A DNA stretch of 64,000 bases. It comes from Nemertoderma westbladi (Eukaryota > Animalia > Xenacoelomorpha). Made by a program: the position numbers and the translations under genes. How positions within the stretch are numbered: position 1 is the first letter of the stretch; every line of letters begins with the position of its first letter. The DNA lies in the NCBI GenBank assembly GCA_032718475.1, contig JAUCBJ010008121.1, forward strand, positions 45,068-109,067, given 5' to 3'. This document shows positions 44,780 through 59,357 of the stretch, in pieces. The notes beneath the pieces were generated by a model. It made no database searches, was not told where the DNA came from, and saw nothing but the letters and a program-made list of their open reading frames with translations.

Positions 44780-47342
44780 CTCTTCCTTCTCTGATCATTC
44801 ACCTATTACGTCGGTGCTTAAACTACCAAACAAAGGGAGATATAGAGGGGATTGTAATTCGCAACTACGAACTCGTAAGTTAACTAAACGTGCTTGGGAC
44901 AAAGCTACACCTGAACAGATTAGTAATTATGCAAAGTTAGTTAATGTGGAGTTACAAGCACTACAGTCTAAGTTCAATAATGATGGTGAAAGTGCAGTCT
45001 TAACATGGAAGGTAGATAAAATGAATGAATATATGGAAAATATACAGGCTATTATTAGTAAATCGGCAGTGAAGTTCATTCCAGCAACTAAACTTGGAAA
45101 GTACACAAAGAATTTTCGAGTAAGGAGTAAGAGTTTAAACGAGCATTCAAAAACAACGAAAAAATTGTACGACATCTGGCTAAAAAATGGGAAAACGGAT
45201 GGTGATGAATTTGGTATTGCATTTAAGGAGGCTAAACGGAATACTCGACGGCTACGGAATTTACTAAGTAAACAAAATGTTAGAGGGGTGACAATGAGGA
45301 TAAACCCTAGTAGAAGGAATTTCTGGAGAAGTTTTTCTAGAAATCAAGGAATTGGGAGCCAGGAACTTCCATTGAATTTAAAAGACGACATTAGGAACCA
45401 TTTAAAGCAGAAGTTTAATATAAAGCAAGAAACTACTGGGCTACAAGAAATGACGGACAAACTGGATAGTAAATGTGTAGGCCCCATGCCTACCTTCGGG
45501 CGAAATCAGATAGCACAGATTATCCGCTCCTTACCAAGGGAAGGCCTTAGATTTTGCCTCCTTATCAGCAGAGCACCTTCAACATTTAGATGTATGTCAG
45601 CTAAGCATATACATTGAGGAAGTCTTGAGTGCGGCTATGCGTCTAGGTGAAGTGCCTTCTTTATTTGGGAAAACAGTGATTAGTAGCTTATATAAAGGAG
45701 GTGTGAAGGATGCATTGAAATCAACATCATATCGACCAGTCTCCAGCGTTAGTATTTTTGGTAAGATATTTGAGGGTTTAGTCGCATGCCATATCATATT
45801 TAAATGTAGTTCAGTGACACATAGTTTACAGATGGCATATAAAGAAGGTAATGGGACTGATCTTGTAATTTCCCTCATACTGGAAACACTGCAATACTAC
45901 AATCAAAGACGTACACCAGTTTATGTCTGTCAGGTTGACATATCATCAGCCTTTGACTCCGTTAGTCACCTTACACTTTTTAAAAAACTAGTGGAGATTA
46001 TGGATCCATATATATTGAGGTTGCTAATGAGCTATTATAGTAATACTGAAATGTTTTGTAAATTTGGTAACTTTCTGGATATAAATGGTTTCCATGTGTC
46101 AAATGGTTTAAAACAAGGCTCGAGATTGTCTCCAATGCTTTTTAATCTGTATACATCCGATATTATTTTCAGTATGGAAGGTTCTGGTATTGGATGTGAA
46201 ATTGAAGGACAATGGTTAGGTGCCATCTGCTATGCCGACGATTTCCTCATTCTGTGCACAAGTGTAAATGAAGTTGAGACACTATCTAAAATATTTGGGG
46301 ATGGAGTAAGACAGTTGGGTCTAGAAATAGAACATACAAAGACGAAATGGATGTGCTTTAGTCAAAATAGTAAGGAGAAATGTACAAGAGGACTCTATCT
46401 AAATGGGAAGTACCTTGAACCCAGTATATCTATTAGCTTTTTGGGAGTTAAGTTATTTGATGACAGGAAGGACATTATTAAAGAAATTAATAAATTAATA
46501 TATGGTATATCTGATACATTTCATCGCAAAGGATGGACTACAAGATGGTATACAACCGAAACTATAAATAAGCTTTGGGAAGGCTATGCAATACCTACAA
46601 TTATGTACGCGATTCGATTTTACTTGGGTATTATTACGAGATATCAATTGGAGCAAGTAGATATCTCCTATCGCAAAGTTGTAAGAGGTATATTACATTT
46701 GGGTCGATATGCCTCTAATACTGAATGTTATAGTTTGCTATCTATATTGCCGATATCAATGAGTGTCTATCGCGAGATTCTGAGTATTATATTTCGAATT
46801 AATTCCTGTCCAAATATTCGATTGCATTATCTTCTTAAGATACTTTTAGATGAGAATGTCAATGGTGTCTCACGCCATGGATACCAAGGACTCGGAAGTA
46901 TATTCAACAGGGTATCTGAGGAGTATCCATTACCATCAATCAATTCTTTGTTGAGCTCACGCTACTGTAAAAACTCAATACAATCTCGGATTTCTTTGGG
47001 GGGACTAACTCTGGCTGAGATGCTAAACATTTCATTTATTACCTCAACGTATAACACACCCGGCATGAGTTTTACATCTAAACATAACAGGGTGTTGGAG
47101 TATTTTAATGTGTAACTATATATTTGCAATTTAATTGATTTTAACAATTCCTAAACCGAGCACCATCGTATCCTTAGTTAATATTGTATAAGGTCATTGA
47201 CACTGGATTTGGATTACAGTTTTAAACTTTTAATTACCTACTTTTATGTCTACAAACATTTTACTATGTGCATTGGATGCATTTTTATTTATAACATTTT
47301 AATTTTGTCGCCTAGAGCGAATTAATATAATATATATATATA
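44780..47342 (+). mobile_element. 5'-truncated non-LTR retrotransposon (end of APE domain plus RT), frameshifted; clade uncertain (RTEX-like?)
   Basis: An SDHSPI motif lies just upstream of ORF 44814. ORF 45625..47115 has SYRPVS, VDISSAFDSV, GLKQGSRLSP, CYADD, FLGV. Ends in (TA)n. Confidence 0.85.
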
Positions 47343-47695
47343 GAAATTACGGGAGCGGTTTTGTCAAAAGGATATGTCATTATCCAAGCCAATTAATTAA
47401 GACGAGACACTTGTAAATATTAATAATTAATTACTTAAAGAGTAACACAAAATTCCTCGCAAAAATTATTTTCTTAGGCTATAATCATTGTTTCTCCGAT
47501 AGCAAATAGTTGTGAATGATTAAATTTAGTTATAAATAAACAATCGAAGAAAAAAATAAAATTAGTGGAATGAATTTAAATCCATTCCACCATTTTTTTG
47601 TTTTAGTCAATTTTAGTGGTAAATTAAAGAGTCCTGAAAAAATTGAGTATGGCCAGTAAAGCATACCGGTGTCTAAACAAAGAGACTGAAACAGC

Positions 47696-47768
47696 GGGTG
47701 TGTGGCGCAGTGGATAACGCGTCTGCCTACGGAGCAGAAGATCCCAGGTTCGACCCCTGGCACGCTCG
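47696..47768 (+). tRNA. tRNA-Arg(ACG)
   Basis: Identical to 42214-42286, with the same TTTT trailer. Confidence 0.95.
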
Positions 47769-48111
47769 ATGTGTATTTTGACGATCGTGTTGGCACAATT
47801 GTGTAAAATTAGCCGGTCGATACCTAAACCAAACCGAAACAACTAGACCGTGAAGCGGCTGTTATTCATCATTTTTACTCACTATTTTAATTATCATTTT
47901 TACCACTTCCTAATTGCTAATTTGGTTGGTGGGATACAAGGCGTTCTAGAACTACAAGGCCATGCCGCAGTGTTGGATTCCCAACACTGGTTGGTGTCAG
48001 ATTTAGGTCAGGTCAGGTATTCTAGGTCATTGATCAAGAAAACTTGCCACCTCCATGCAGCATAAAGGAGGTGCCACCTGTAGCTGCATAGACCCTCTTA
48101 CTAGGGCAAAT

Positions 48112-48512
48112 TCTACGCCGGGGTCATTGTGTCAAGAAGAACGAACACATCTCCATAACCAGACTGTGAACAACATCGGAAGTGTTTCATTAGTCTCCGA
48201 AAGCTTTTGCTTGAACTGAGCTGCCACCGCCTTGTAGGACATTGCTTTCACCGTGTGGACCAGCCTGTGCATAATCTTGTGCTTTGGCGGCCTCATGGAA
48301 CGACTATGTATGGCGGTAAGCCCATGACTTTCTTGAGACTTATTTTAAAGAACACTGGACTTGAAGATGCGGATGATCTAGCAAATGTCATGGGTGATAG
48401 GGAGTTGAGGTGGAGCAATTTTATCGACAAGCCGGCACATCTTTCTTAATATATTTGATATAATTAATGCAGCCGCAATGCAACATGCCGATAGTACAGT
48501 AGTAGTAGTAGT
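48112..48512 (+). mobile_element. RTE-like LINE 3' fragment (divergent subfamily)
   Basis: GHCFHRVDQPVHNLVLW...DADDLANVMGDREL and a (GTA)n tail. Confidence 0.8.
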
Positions 48513-48629
48513 TATAGATGTTTGTTGATACCAATAGAAAGATAGAAGAAATATTGGGTATAAAAGTTTCATCAATTATTATCTGATTGTAGCAATTAAT
48601 CTATATTTGTTGGATCCTGACTTTCTTGG

Positions 48630-49295
48630 ATTCTGACTTAATTTACGGTAGCAGTTTTTATGTTTGGAAGCATTTTTACAGTTTGTATACCTCTATCTGT
48701 TTGTCAGTCGATCTGTCTGTCAAAATACAATATGACACCCTACAAATCTTAAATCTTGGGAATGTATGTTTTCTTGCACTCTGACTTCATTTACCGTATC
48801 AGTTTTCATGTTTGGCAGCATTTGTACAGTTTGTATGTCTGTCCGTTTGTCAGTCGATCTGTCTGTCAAAATACAATATGACACCCTACAAATGCTAAAA
48901 TCTGAGAATGTCTGTTTTATTGGACTCTGACTTCATTTACCGTATCAGTTTTCATGTTTGGCAGCATTGTACAGTTTATTATGACTGTCCGTTTGTCAGT
49001 CAATTTGTCTGTCAAAATAATATGACACCATACAAAGCTAAAATCACGGGAATGTCTGTTTTATTGGACTCTGACTTCATTTACTGCATCAGTTTTCATG
49101 TTTGGCAGCAATTGAACAGTTTGTATGTCTGTCCGTTTGTCAGTCAATCTGTCTGTCAAAATACAATATGACACCATACAAAGCTAAAATCCCGGGAATG
49201 TCTGTTTTCTTGGACCCTGACTTCATGTACGGTATCAGATTCATGTTTGGCGGCATTTTTACAGTTTGTATGTCTGTCCGTTTGTCAGTCGATCT
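48630..49295. repeat. About 145-bp tandem repeat, 4-5 copies
   Basis: CTGACTT recurs at about 48633, 48781, 48927, 49071 and 49217 with conserved CTGTCCGTTTGTCAGTC and AATATGACACC. Confidence 0.85.
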
Positions 49296-50457
49296 ATTAG
49301 TCCGGTAGTTTCAGAGATGTATTCTAAAGCTTTGAACTTTGGGCGATGTGCCCTTTCTACTGCAACCGTCCCATTTGTCTATCTTTTGTCTCTCTGTACC
49401 AATATTTAGTGTGAAGTTTGTGCTATCTAGCCAGACAACCTGTGGTTAGTGAGAGCTAAAAATACGGCGCCTGTCCTTTCTCAAAATTAACTATAGATTA
49501 TATAAAACATGCAGCCATAAAACAAATTCATTGCAGTTATTAATTAAATGGACTCTTTGATGAAATTAGTAACTAAAAATTATTGTACTTTCATTTCTTT
49601 TATATTTTCAATTGATTAAATCATTTAAATAATTTAACTAACTAACTAATTTAACCATATATAATATTGTATTTATTAATTGACCAAAATATGACATAAA
49701 AAAAACATAATAATTATTATTATAATATAACATGCAACCATAAGAGAGCTCCATTACTTAAGGCTGCATGTTTTATTTAAACTTTATCTCAGACGTGAGT
49801 TTACATGTAATGGCTGGTCTATCTAAATAGTTTGAGGCACTTGAATTAAGGTTGAAATATGATATGCAGCCGTATAACCGTATAATAAGACTTAAAATAA
49901 ACCTAATATCAGTTAAAATAATGCACGCAACCGTATTGGAAGTTCTAGTGCTTATGGCTGCACGTTTTATTTAAACTGTATTCCAGAAAAGAGTTGTAAT
50001 TTAGTGTGGGCTGGTTTATCTAAACAGATAATTCTCAGAAAAGTTCGAGTAATTCCGATTTTTTTAAAGTTTTCATTACTTGATATTGGAATAATTAGAA
50101 ATATTGATGTAATTCATATCCATTTAATTTGTATCACTAATTAATTGCAGTTAATACATCAAAGTTACGGTAAACAATCATAAAATTAGCATATAATGGT
50201 TGCTATGAAGCTATGCAGAAGAATACAGACGTGTTTAAGAGATTATTTACTAAGTTAGTGATAGTTAGTTATAGAAGTATAAGTACGTTCGTCCTATAGG
50301 CCGCAACGCTGCAATACGGTACTTTACTGCGTTAAGAGTAAAACACCAGAACGCTGAAAAGTTCGCATAATATTGTTGCAAATATACCAATTGTTGATAT
50401 CGCACGTAAACCTTTTATAGTTTATTTAGGGCAGCAGTAGAGACAGCCTTCTTAGAT

Positions 50458-50719
50458 GGGAGTCCATGCTGGTCTCTCACTGACTGCAGAGTATACAAAA
50501 CCTACGGATGGCACATTCACAATAATGCTACGCCGGGGTCATTGTGTCAAGAAGAATGAACACATCTCCATAACCAGACTCTGAACAACATCGGAAGTGT
50601 TTTATTAGTCTCCGCAAGCTTTTACTTGAACTGAGCTGCCACCGCCTTGTAGGACATTGCTTCCACCGTGTGGACCAGCCTGTGCATAATCTTGTGCTTT
50701 GGCGGCCTTATGGAACGAC
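50458..50719 (+). mobile_element. RTE-like LINE fragment fused to Bel/Pao copy 2
   Basis: Matches 48112-48305, then switches to Bel/Pao gag sequence at about 50720. Confidence 0.8.
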
Positions 50720-53700
50720 TGGATGAGGGGCGGCGGGGGATGAATCTCCTGCTCGGGCAGATGCAGGAGACTGTTCATCAGCTTAAGGGGACAGTGAGGG
50801 AAAGTAGGTTAGAGTTGCAAGAAGTGCAGCAAAGTATCGCGTTAGAACGCGATAAATTAGTAAATACACAAAAGGGTATACCACCACCCCCTGCAACAAT
50901 GTGTCAACCTGTTAGGTCTGAAGTATTTCATGCGCAAGGTGTGGAGCCTACACGCATCTATACTGCTAGTGAAGTGGAAACTCCTATAGTAAACCCTATT
51001 AAGGGTAATTATAAACCTGTTGACAATGATATTCCCTATAGACCTGATCATAATCCGAGAAATTTATATACCGATAACTCGATATTAAATAACACGATGG
51101 CCCAAGAAAGCTTTACGCGTCAAATGGCTAGAACTGAAGCCCGTCAAGCGGTCAAGGTGGGAGAGATAGTCAAGTTCAATGGAGATGAGATGAAATGGTT
51201 ACCTTTTAATGAATATTACAAAGATAACATACAGAACTCCGTGCTATCTAATGGAGAGAAACTTAGATTCCTCATCGAGTGCTTGGAAGGATCTCCCAAG
51301 TTAATGGCGTTAAAGTTTATTGGACATCCAGATGGATTAAGACAAGTTTGGGATACACTAAACATCAGGTATGGTAATAGGAATAACATAGCTAAATATT
51401 TGTATGCAAAATTGGTAGCGCCCCGAAAGTTCATTAGCAGCGGGATTATAGAGTTTTCCGATGAGATTCAAGAGATCTGTAGACAATTAGATTGGCTAGG
51501 TAAATCTCATGAATATCAGAGTTCTATGGTTATTGGAGCCGTGGCCTCAACTTTACCTAAGGGTGGAGTAGGCACACGCTGGGATAAGAAAGTGTTACAT
51601 ATGATGGAACAACAACGACGAGACCCTACCATGGCTGATCTCATGTCATTCTTAGATGGAGAAGTGAAATTACAGCTCCTAAAGCAGTCCAGAGAGAAGA
51701 CACCGGAAAACAAGGTAAGTGAGAAACCCATTTCTAGGAGAAAAGTAACACCAGTGTGTTATACCAATGACGGCGAAAGCCAGGCTTCTCAAGAAGAAGA
51801 CAGCGGGAAAGACACTGAAAGATCTTATTATGTCAATAAAACATCTAAAGACGTAAGTAGATTCAAGTCTCGAACCAGTGACAGGAGAGAACAGGTAAGA
51901 AAAACTCCTCCTACGTCTCCTAAGAGAATTCAGCTAAGAAAGCCCGAAGAAAGAACGAGTGTGCACAATGTTACTCAAAATAAGGTAAGTAACATCAAAC
52001 CGAAATGTGCGCTATGTGACGGGACACACCGTTTGAATGTGTGTGATGAATTCCTAAAGTAATCATTAAAGGATAGACGGGAAGTCATGAGGGATAAGCG
52101 GTTGTGTTATAATTGCCTCAGACAAGGACACCAACGGCGAACCTGTTACTCCGACGCAAGGTGTGCAAAGTGTGGCGCAAAACATCATCTCTTGTTGCAC
52201 ACTGAATTCGAACGAAACAGCCCGAGTCAGGTAAGTGATTCAGAACTACATGTCCAATTCAGTGATGTGAACGACACTGACCAAAGTTCTGAGATGGAAG
52301 GATTCTATATGGACGAATTCTCCGACGAAGATGAATCCTGTTACATGATAAATACCGCAGTGTATCGAGCGCTTACGTATGAAAAAGACACAGACAGCGA
52401 GCTCACCCTAACTACTTCTGATCGACAACCATCTTGGAAAGCACCAACTTCCAATGTAGGAATCCGTGAATTTCCCGTAGTGCAATTAAGGGTCCACAGA
52501 CCTAAAAGGAGTTATATAGTGAACGCCCTCCTTGACTCCGGTAGCACAGGAACATTCATCGACAAAGAACTAGCCGAAGACATCTTTGCTGGACAACCCA
52601 AGTTCCGAACTAAGTTAAACATGTCAGGAATTATGCAGGTTTGGAAATCTACAGTAATAGCGGATTATTATGTAGGTGCGTTGTCCACCCCCCAGGATGA
52701 ACTAGGAGAACATAGCATAAGATCAGTAAAAATGGTGGCGATAAAGAACTTCGCTACCAGCCAAGTAGAACCTTATAACTGGGATGAGGACGATTCCACC
52801 CAGCAGCTTAATATACCTAGATTCAACACAGATTACCCTGGAGTGCAAATACTCATCGGCCAAAATGCGCATGAAGCGCTTGAGACATTGGAGAAACGGC
52901 CTGCTCAACCGCAACCATTACAAGTCTATGCGGGAAGAACTAGAGTAGGTTGGTACTTTACTGGCCCTTCCCGTAGAACTCTTATGGAAAGATTACAAAA
53001 AGAACAGGTATATCAATTAAGTGAATGGGAAGTGGAGAGCAGTGAAGTTCGCGACCCAACTGAGGGAACACCATACTCCTCAGATAATGACGATATCCAA
53101 CAGCTCTTCGACGAGGAGAATAACATCGATATCCTTACGGAAAACGAGACTTGGCAAAACCAAGTAAACTTATGTCAAATCATTAGTCCATCAGAACGAG
53201 TCGACTATAACGACGAACTGAATGAAGTCATAGAGAGATATAACGCAAAAACTCGAGATGAACACGCCGTACGATTCTTTACTCAAGAGGCTGTAGAGCC
53301 CAATTCCTACGATAAGGCCCTATCGGTAGAAGAAGATAGAGCCAAGCAGATCCAGGAGACAACTACACGTTTTCTTAAAGATCAAGGTAGATATGAGATT
53401 GGTCTCCCATTCCGAAAACGAGAACCAAAGTTCATAAACAACCGACCCTTGGCGGAAAAAAGAATTGCTCAACTACATCGACGCCTTACGGCAAACGCTT
53501 CAGCTAAAGAAATGTATCAGACTCAGTTGAAGAAATTTATTAATAAGGGATATGCGGAGTGAGTACCGGAAGGAACACCCCTAACTGAAAGAACGTACTA
53601 TTTAACACATCATTACGTTCCCAAACCCGGTAAACCTCATGAGGTACGAGTAGTATTCGACGGCTCCGCCCTCTACATGGGCCAATCCCTTAATTCCGAG

Positions 53701-56700
53701 TTGTTACCAGGACCCAACTTACTCCAATCCTTGTTGGGAATACTCTTAAGATTACGACAATATTCAATAGCTTTCGCCTCCGATATAGAAGGCATGTTCT
53801 TACAGGTCAAGGCACTGGATAGGGATCGAGACAGCCTACGATTTCTGTGGTGGCCTGAAGGAGACCTCAACCAGAAACCGGTGGAGTATTGGATGACCAT
53901 CCAGGCTTTTGGGATCATCTCAAGCCCTTCAAACGCCTGCTCAGTGGTGCTCACTGCTGATGACAACCGGGACGCCTTCTCAAAAGAGGTGATCGACAAC
54001 ATCAAACGAGATATATACATGGACGACAATCTAAAGTCCCTTCCATCTGTGGAAGAAGCCATTGATGTCGCCAAAGGAACGGTTGAGTGCTTAAAAAGAG
54101 GTGGATTTCGATTAACTAAATTCACCAGCAACTCCCGTGAGTTTCTGGAATCGATCCCGGTAGAAGATCGAGGAGCGAAAGACCTAGACCTAATCAAAGA
54201 TGATCTTCCAGAGACCAAGACACTTGGTTTGAAATGGGACACAGAGAGAGATATCCTGTTTTTCCAGCTAAAACAGCGAGATAATCCAGTTCGGACTAAA
54301 CGGATTTGTTTAAGTATCCTGAGCACTTATTTCGATCCATTGGGATTTATTAGCCCAGTTATATTGATTGCTCGGAGTTTAGTACAACAAATGTGGCTTG
54401 AAAACCACTCATGGGACGATCCACTTAAGGGAGAATTATTAAAGAAGTGGATGAAATGGGAAGATTCTCTACCAGCCATCGAGAACTTTATAATTTCCCG
54501 TTCATATTTTGGTCATGTTCTCCCTACGTATTCCTATCAACTCCATGTGTTTGGAGACGCCAGCGATATGGGAATAGGTATAGTAGCCTACTTGAGAGTG
54601 GAAACTCCGGATGGAATCAAAGTCGCCTTGGTTACCTCTAAGGCATTGATAAACAACAAGTTGAAAGTTCCTCGAGCGGAGTTAAAAGCGGCTCTATACG
54701 CTACAGCCATAGGCCGGAATGTAACAGAACAGATCGACTATCCACTGGAGAAAACTGTCTATTGGACCGATGCTTTACTCGTGTTGGAGTATATAACCAA
54801 TGAAGTCTGTCAGTTCAGCGTCTTCGTTACCAACAGAGTAGCCATTATACTTAGTCGCACGAAGATGGATCAATGGAGACATTGCCCCGGAACGATTAAT
54901 CCAGCAGACATCGCCTCCAGGGGAGCAACTCCACAATAATTGATAGATACTCCAGACTGGTTAGGTGGACCCGACTTCCTAAGCAAAGAAGAGGATGAAT
55001 GGCCTCCTCATCTTACTACGGCAGAGATTAGACAAGCCAAGGGAGCGGAGAAAGTCAAACCTAAAACTCAGGCGAGTAAATCGAAGTTATTTAAACCCGT
55101 GGTAGATCTGTCTGTACTACACACTTCCAGAGACGACGCTTTGGATCCGAAACCCACAGCCACAAATAAGTCTGTTGTGGAAATCAGAGAGAGGGATTGG
55201 AAATCTGGAATACCAGACGTCTCGCAAGGACTCTCACCTCTCCTGCAGAGAGCGATATATCACTACAGTTCCTGGAACCGGCTCTGTAAGGCCGTTACAT
55301 ATTTAAAACGATGTTTTCATCATCATTACTCCAGGGCAAAGACCAATAGTGATACCGCTCCACTGACATCTGTGCAGGTCCATGTTGTTAAAGATCTTCC
55401 CAAATATAAGATATCCGACAGGTTTCTGAAAGAGAAGATCAGTTATCAGGAGCATGAAGAAACCAACAAGCAGATGCTGAGACTCCTACAATGCTATGAG
55501 GATTCCGATAAGTATTTCCTGTTGTTGAGAAATCCACAGATGCGCTTAAGGGATCGTTTCTCTAGCACAATGATAGATGGGTTGATACGTGTTGGAGGAA
55601 GATTAACTAATGCTCATTATCCTTTGACACCAAGTTTCCCATACTCATTAGAAATCTTGAAATACAAATCAAGATGATTGTAGATGTTCACAGCAAACTT
55701 TATCATGCTGGTAGAGAACGAGTTCTTAGCGAAATTCGAACTCGCTATTATTTTTATAAACCCCGTAGAGCTCTGAACCAAGTTCTTAGGAACTGCATAC
55801 CCTGTAGGAAAGCATTCAGTAGGCCTTTAACACAGCGAGAGGCAGAATTACCTAGGGAACGAGTAAGCTTCTATGAACCACCCTTTACTAATACCGGTGT
55901 AGATTTATTTGGCCCTATTGAAGTATATCGTGCTAGGACTATAGTCAAGAGATGGTGTGTCATTTTTGTTTGTATGACTTGTAGAGCTATCCATCTCGAT
56001 ATGGTGAACGATTTATCTACCAACAGCTTCCTATTGAGCTTACGGCGACAGATCGCTCGCTTTGGAACTAGTAACACGATGAGATCTAATAAGGGAACAA
56101 ACTTCATTGGTGCCAACAATGAAATCAAAGCTTACGTCAAAGATTGGAACCAAAGACAGGTGGACGATCAGCTAAGGGTAACAGCGTCTAGCTGGACCTT
56201 CAACGCCGCCGACGCCCCTTGGTGGGGAGGAAGTTGGGAGAGATTAATCAGGAGTGTGAAGACCGCATTTCACTTTATAGTGCCATGCCGCGCGTATCTC
56301 ACCGACAAACTTTTGCGGACGCTAATGGAGGAAATTGCCGCCTATCTCAACGAGAGACCGCTTATGCCAGTCTCATCGAGTCCCGATTCCCTGGAAGCGC
56401 TAACACCCGCACACTTCCTACTGAAGAAACCCGTAGCCATGCTCCCACGATCGGAAATCACAGACGGAGACGAATACTGCCGACAAACTTGGCAACTTAT
56501 GCAGTTGTTATCCCGTCGTTTCGCTGACCATTTCGAAAAACATTATCTGCCCACGCTACAACTTCGAACTAAGTGGTTTGCGCAGCAAGAAAATGTCAGC
56601 GCTGGAGACATGGTCCTTATTGTGGATTCAGATCTTCCACGTAAGCGGTGGCAGACAGGTCGTATCATCGAGACTCACATCTCGGATGATGGTTTGGTGC

Positions 56701-56900
56701 GATCGGTAGAACTCGTCGTCATGCGACGTAACTTCAAGAAACCGGGAATTGTCTTCGAGACACAGCAGCTCAATCGCCCAGTTGGTCGTTTATGTTTACT
56801 GGAAAGAGACCGAGAACTCTCCGGAAACTATGGAAGGCAAGATACTCTTCCCACGACCACCTCCCTAATCCAACAAACATCTAGGGACTCCCTAACTTAA
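50720..56900 (+). pseudogene. Disrupted Bel/Pao gag-pol
   Basis: Stops at 52060, 53560 and 54937 and a frameshift near 55617 relative to the intact copy-1 protein. Confidence 0.92.
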
Positions 56901-58673
56901 CAACATCTGGAGTGGGTGTGTGACTATATTATTTTATGTTTGTTTTTATTATTTTATATTTAAGTATATATTATTATGTAATTTTATTATAATCGTTTTC
57001 TTTAATTTTATTTAGTAGAATGTTATTTTAGCGATTATCTAGTAGATTAGTGCAATATATTAGTGTTCATTACTTAATTACTTATATATTATATATTTAG
57101 AGCGACGGCGAGAAATAATACTTATTCTCTTTCCTTACTGTCCGTATTACATTACAAATACGTAACTACAGTAAGATGAAATATCCGTACTTATTAAAGT
57201 ACAATAAAGCTCCTACTATATTCAAGTATTATTGGTAAAGTAGAGTATTAGGAATGCAAAATTCAGATCCTCGTGTCTCAGCTAAACCAAGCTCTGGGTA
57301 GACCTTGGAAACGACTTGCCTCTTCTCACTGACATTGCTTCGTGCGATATTGCTCACATACCGTATATTAAATAATACATATAGTAGCGTGATGTCCCTT
57401 TAACAGTAGCGTAAAACGCAAAATAAATCTGTTAAACCCTTTGACCATCTGCAATTCTAGTCGATTAAGATATCGCGGCACCCACCGATATACTTGAAAG
57501 ACAAATTTCTAGAATCAGTGGTTAACGTCCCCAGACTTGTTCTGGAATAAACTGGTGCCCATCCTAAATATTAATTATTAATATTTACAAAATCTGTCAA
57601 ATTTCAGATCCTTTAAAATTCTAGTCGATTAAGATATCGTAGCACTTACCGATACTCTTAAAAGGACAAATCCCTAGAATCAAGGATCCCAGTCCCCAGA
57701 CTTGTTCTGGAATACAATTGTGTCTATTTAATATTAAATAATAAAATTACGGGAATAAATTTAAATTCATCTTTTAATGAATTTGATAAATTGTTATTTT
57801 ATACAATTTATAATATTCCCAAAATTCCATTAATTAATAGATCATGGGAGCGGAGATTCACCTATTAAGTGTATTAGTGTGCGAGAATCTCCAATATAGA
57901 GTCAATAGCCGATAAAATTCATAAAATCATGTATAAGGATGATATTGACCATTAAAGACTTACTATTAAATAGCATCCCAGATCTGTATGCATGGGAATT
58001 ACCCTAATTCTACCGCTAGCTTTCCATAATGTCACCATAGCAACAACCACGCTAGAATTAGAAGCGAGTTAACAGAACAATAAAATGCTTGCTCATTGAA
58101 TAGCATACGGAATAAATAACACACCGCTAGTATCCAAGGATACATAATAACAACGTGACATTCTGGAAGGCACTTGACTAACGGACAAATGACCCGAATG
58201 TGTGATAGAATGTGTACCATTTGTGACAGTTACGTGGAATTTGTGCGTTTGTAGGTGAATGTTACTACTAAGGTGTGTTTACAGTAGCGAGTCGCAATTG
58301 TGAAAGTAGCCCTAACTCTCCAGTAAGAACCTGAAGTATATCTAAGCCTTTGGGACGGACGGTGGAGTGACTCGTGCTGGTTGTTGTAGTCGTTGTGCAG
58401 CTACGACGTTGGCAATAGGCACATCGGCGAAAGTACACCAGCGCTGAGGATCTCGCACTGTCCGGGGGCAGAGAGGGGTAGGCAGCTCGCCTAAATATAA
58501 ACTCATTATAATATGGATAAACTTATATAGCAGATATGATTGAGTTGATAGAAGATGATCTTGGTATCAGGGAGCGATATACTCTAACTTTACAAGCGTT
58601 TGTTGATAGCTTGATACGCGGCGACGCTGGTCCAACTACTACGGAGGACGATGGTCGTTATATCTAACCGCCA

Positions 58674-59357
58674 ATGTCCCGGGAGCAACTTGCGCGTGGG
58701 TTGGACTGTAGAAAATTCACCGCTCGCTATACGCATCGTAATGGTACGTATATGGACTTCTTAACTACTGGTCATCCTATCGACCTACACGATACAAACG
58801 ATATAGACACCAAAAGGGAAATGGTTTTAGTTAAATATCATACCCAGCGGAAGAGGAACGATAAACTGAGACTCGAACACGAAAATTCTATTCGAAACCG
58901 ACTCGAAAGTGCAGATGTTGAAGAGCCGGATAAACGCAGCGACTTCACCAAATACATGGAATTCTTGAGAGAAACATATCTCGATATTACCAGTCAACAG
59001 AATCTAGAAACTCGATATCCTCAAGGTATACATCATGACCGCATGGTAGAACTCAAACGGCTCTATTCCACTATGATGTATCTTACCGCCGATCGACCGC
59101 TACCTGTTGTACCGGATAGCTTCGAACAGATGGAGGAATATTGTAAGCTGGAGAAAGATCACTCGCGTTTCCCCTACAAGACGTGCGTCTTTGGTATTAT
59201 TGCGATGAATGCCCTAGACCCAACCAACAAACGGAAAGACCTAAACATCCGCGGAGACGTTGCACTAAACACGGTTTTACTCGCTATACTTGCAGGAGTT
59301 TCGAGCGAAATTTGTTTGATGTATCACCTACGCTCGTTCGACTCAGACAATCCTTAA
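58674..59357 (+). CDS. Bel/Pao accessory ORF, 227 aa, unknown function
   Basis: Sense to pol, at the env position, and homologous to the copy-1 region. No recognisable domain or signal peptide. Confidence 0.55.
   Translation: MSREQLARGLDCRKFTARYTHRNGTYMDFLTTGHPIDLHDTNDIDTKREMVLVKYHTQRKRNDKLRLEHENSIRNRLESADVEEPDKRSDFTKYMEFLRETYLDITSQQNLETRYPQGIHHDRMVELKRLYSTMMYLTADRPLPVVPDSFEQMEEYCKLEKDHSRFPYKTCVFGIIAMNALDPTNKRKDLNIRGDVALNTVLLAILAGVSSEICLMYHLRSFDSDNP

Noticed and set aside
58674-59357. Calling the accessory ORF env
   Set aside because: No signal peptide, fusion-protein cysteine pattern or convincing TM anchor is visible.
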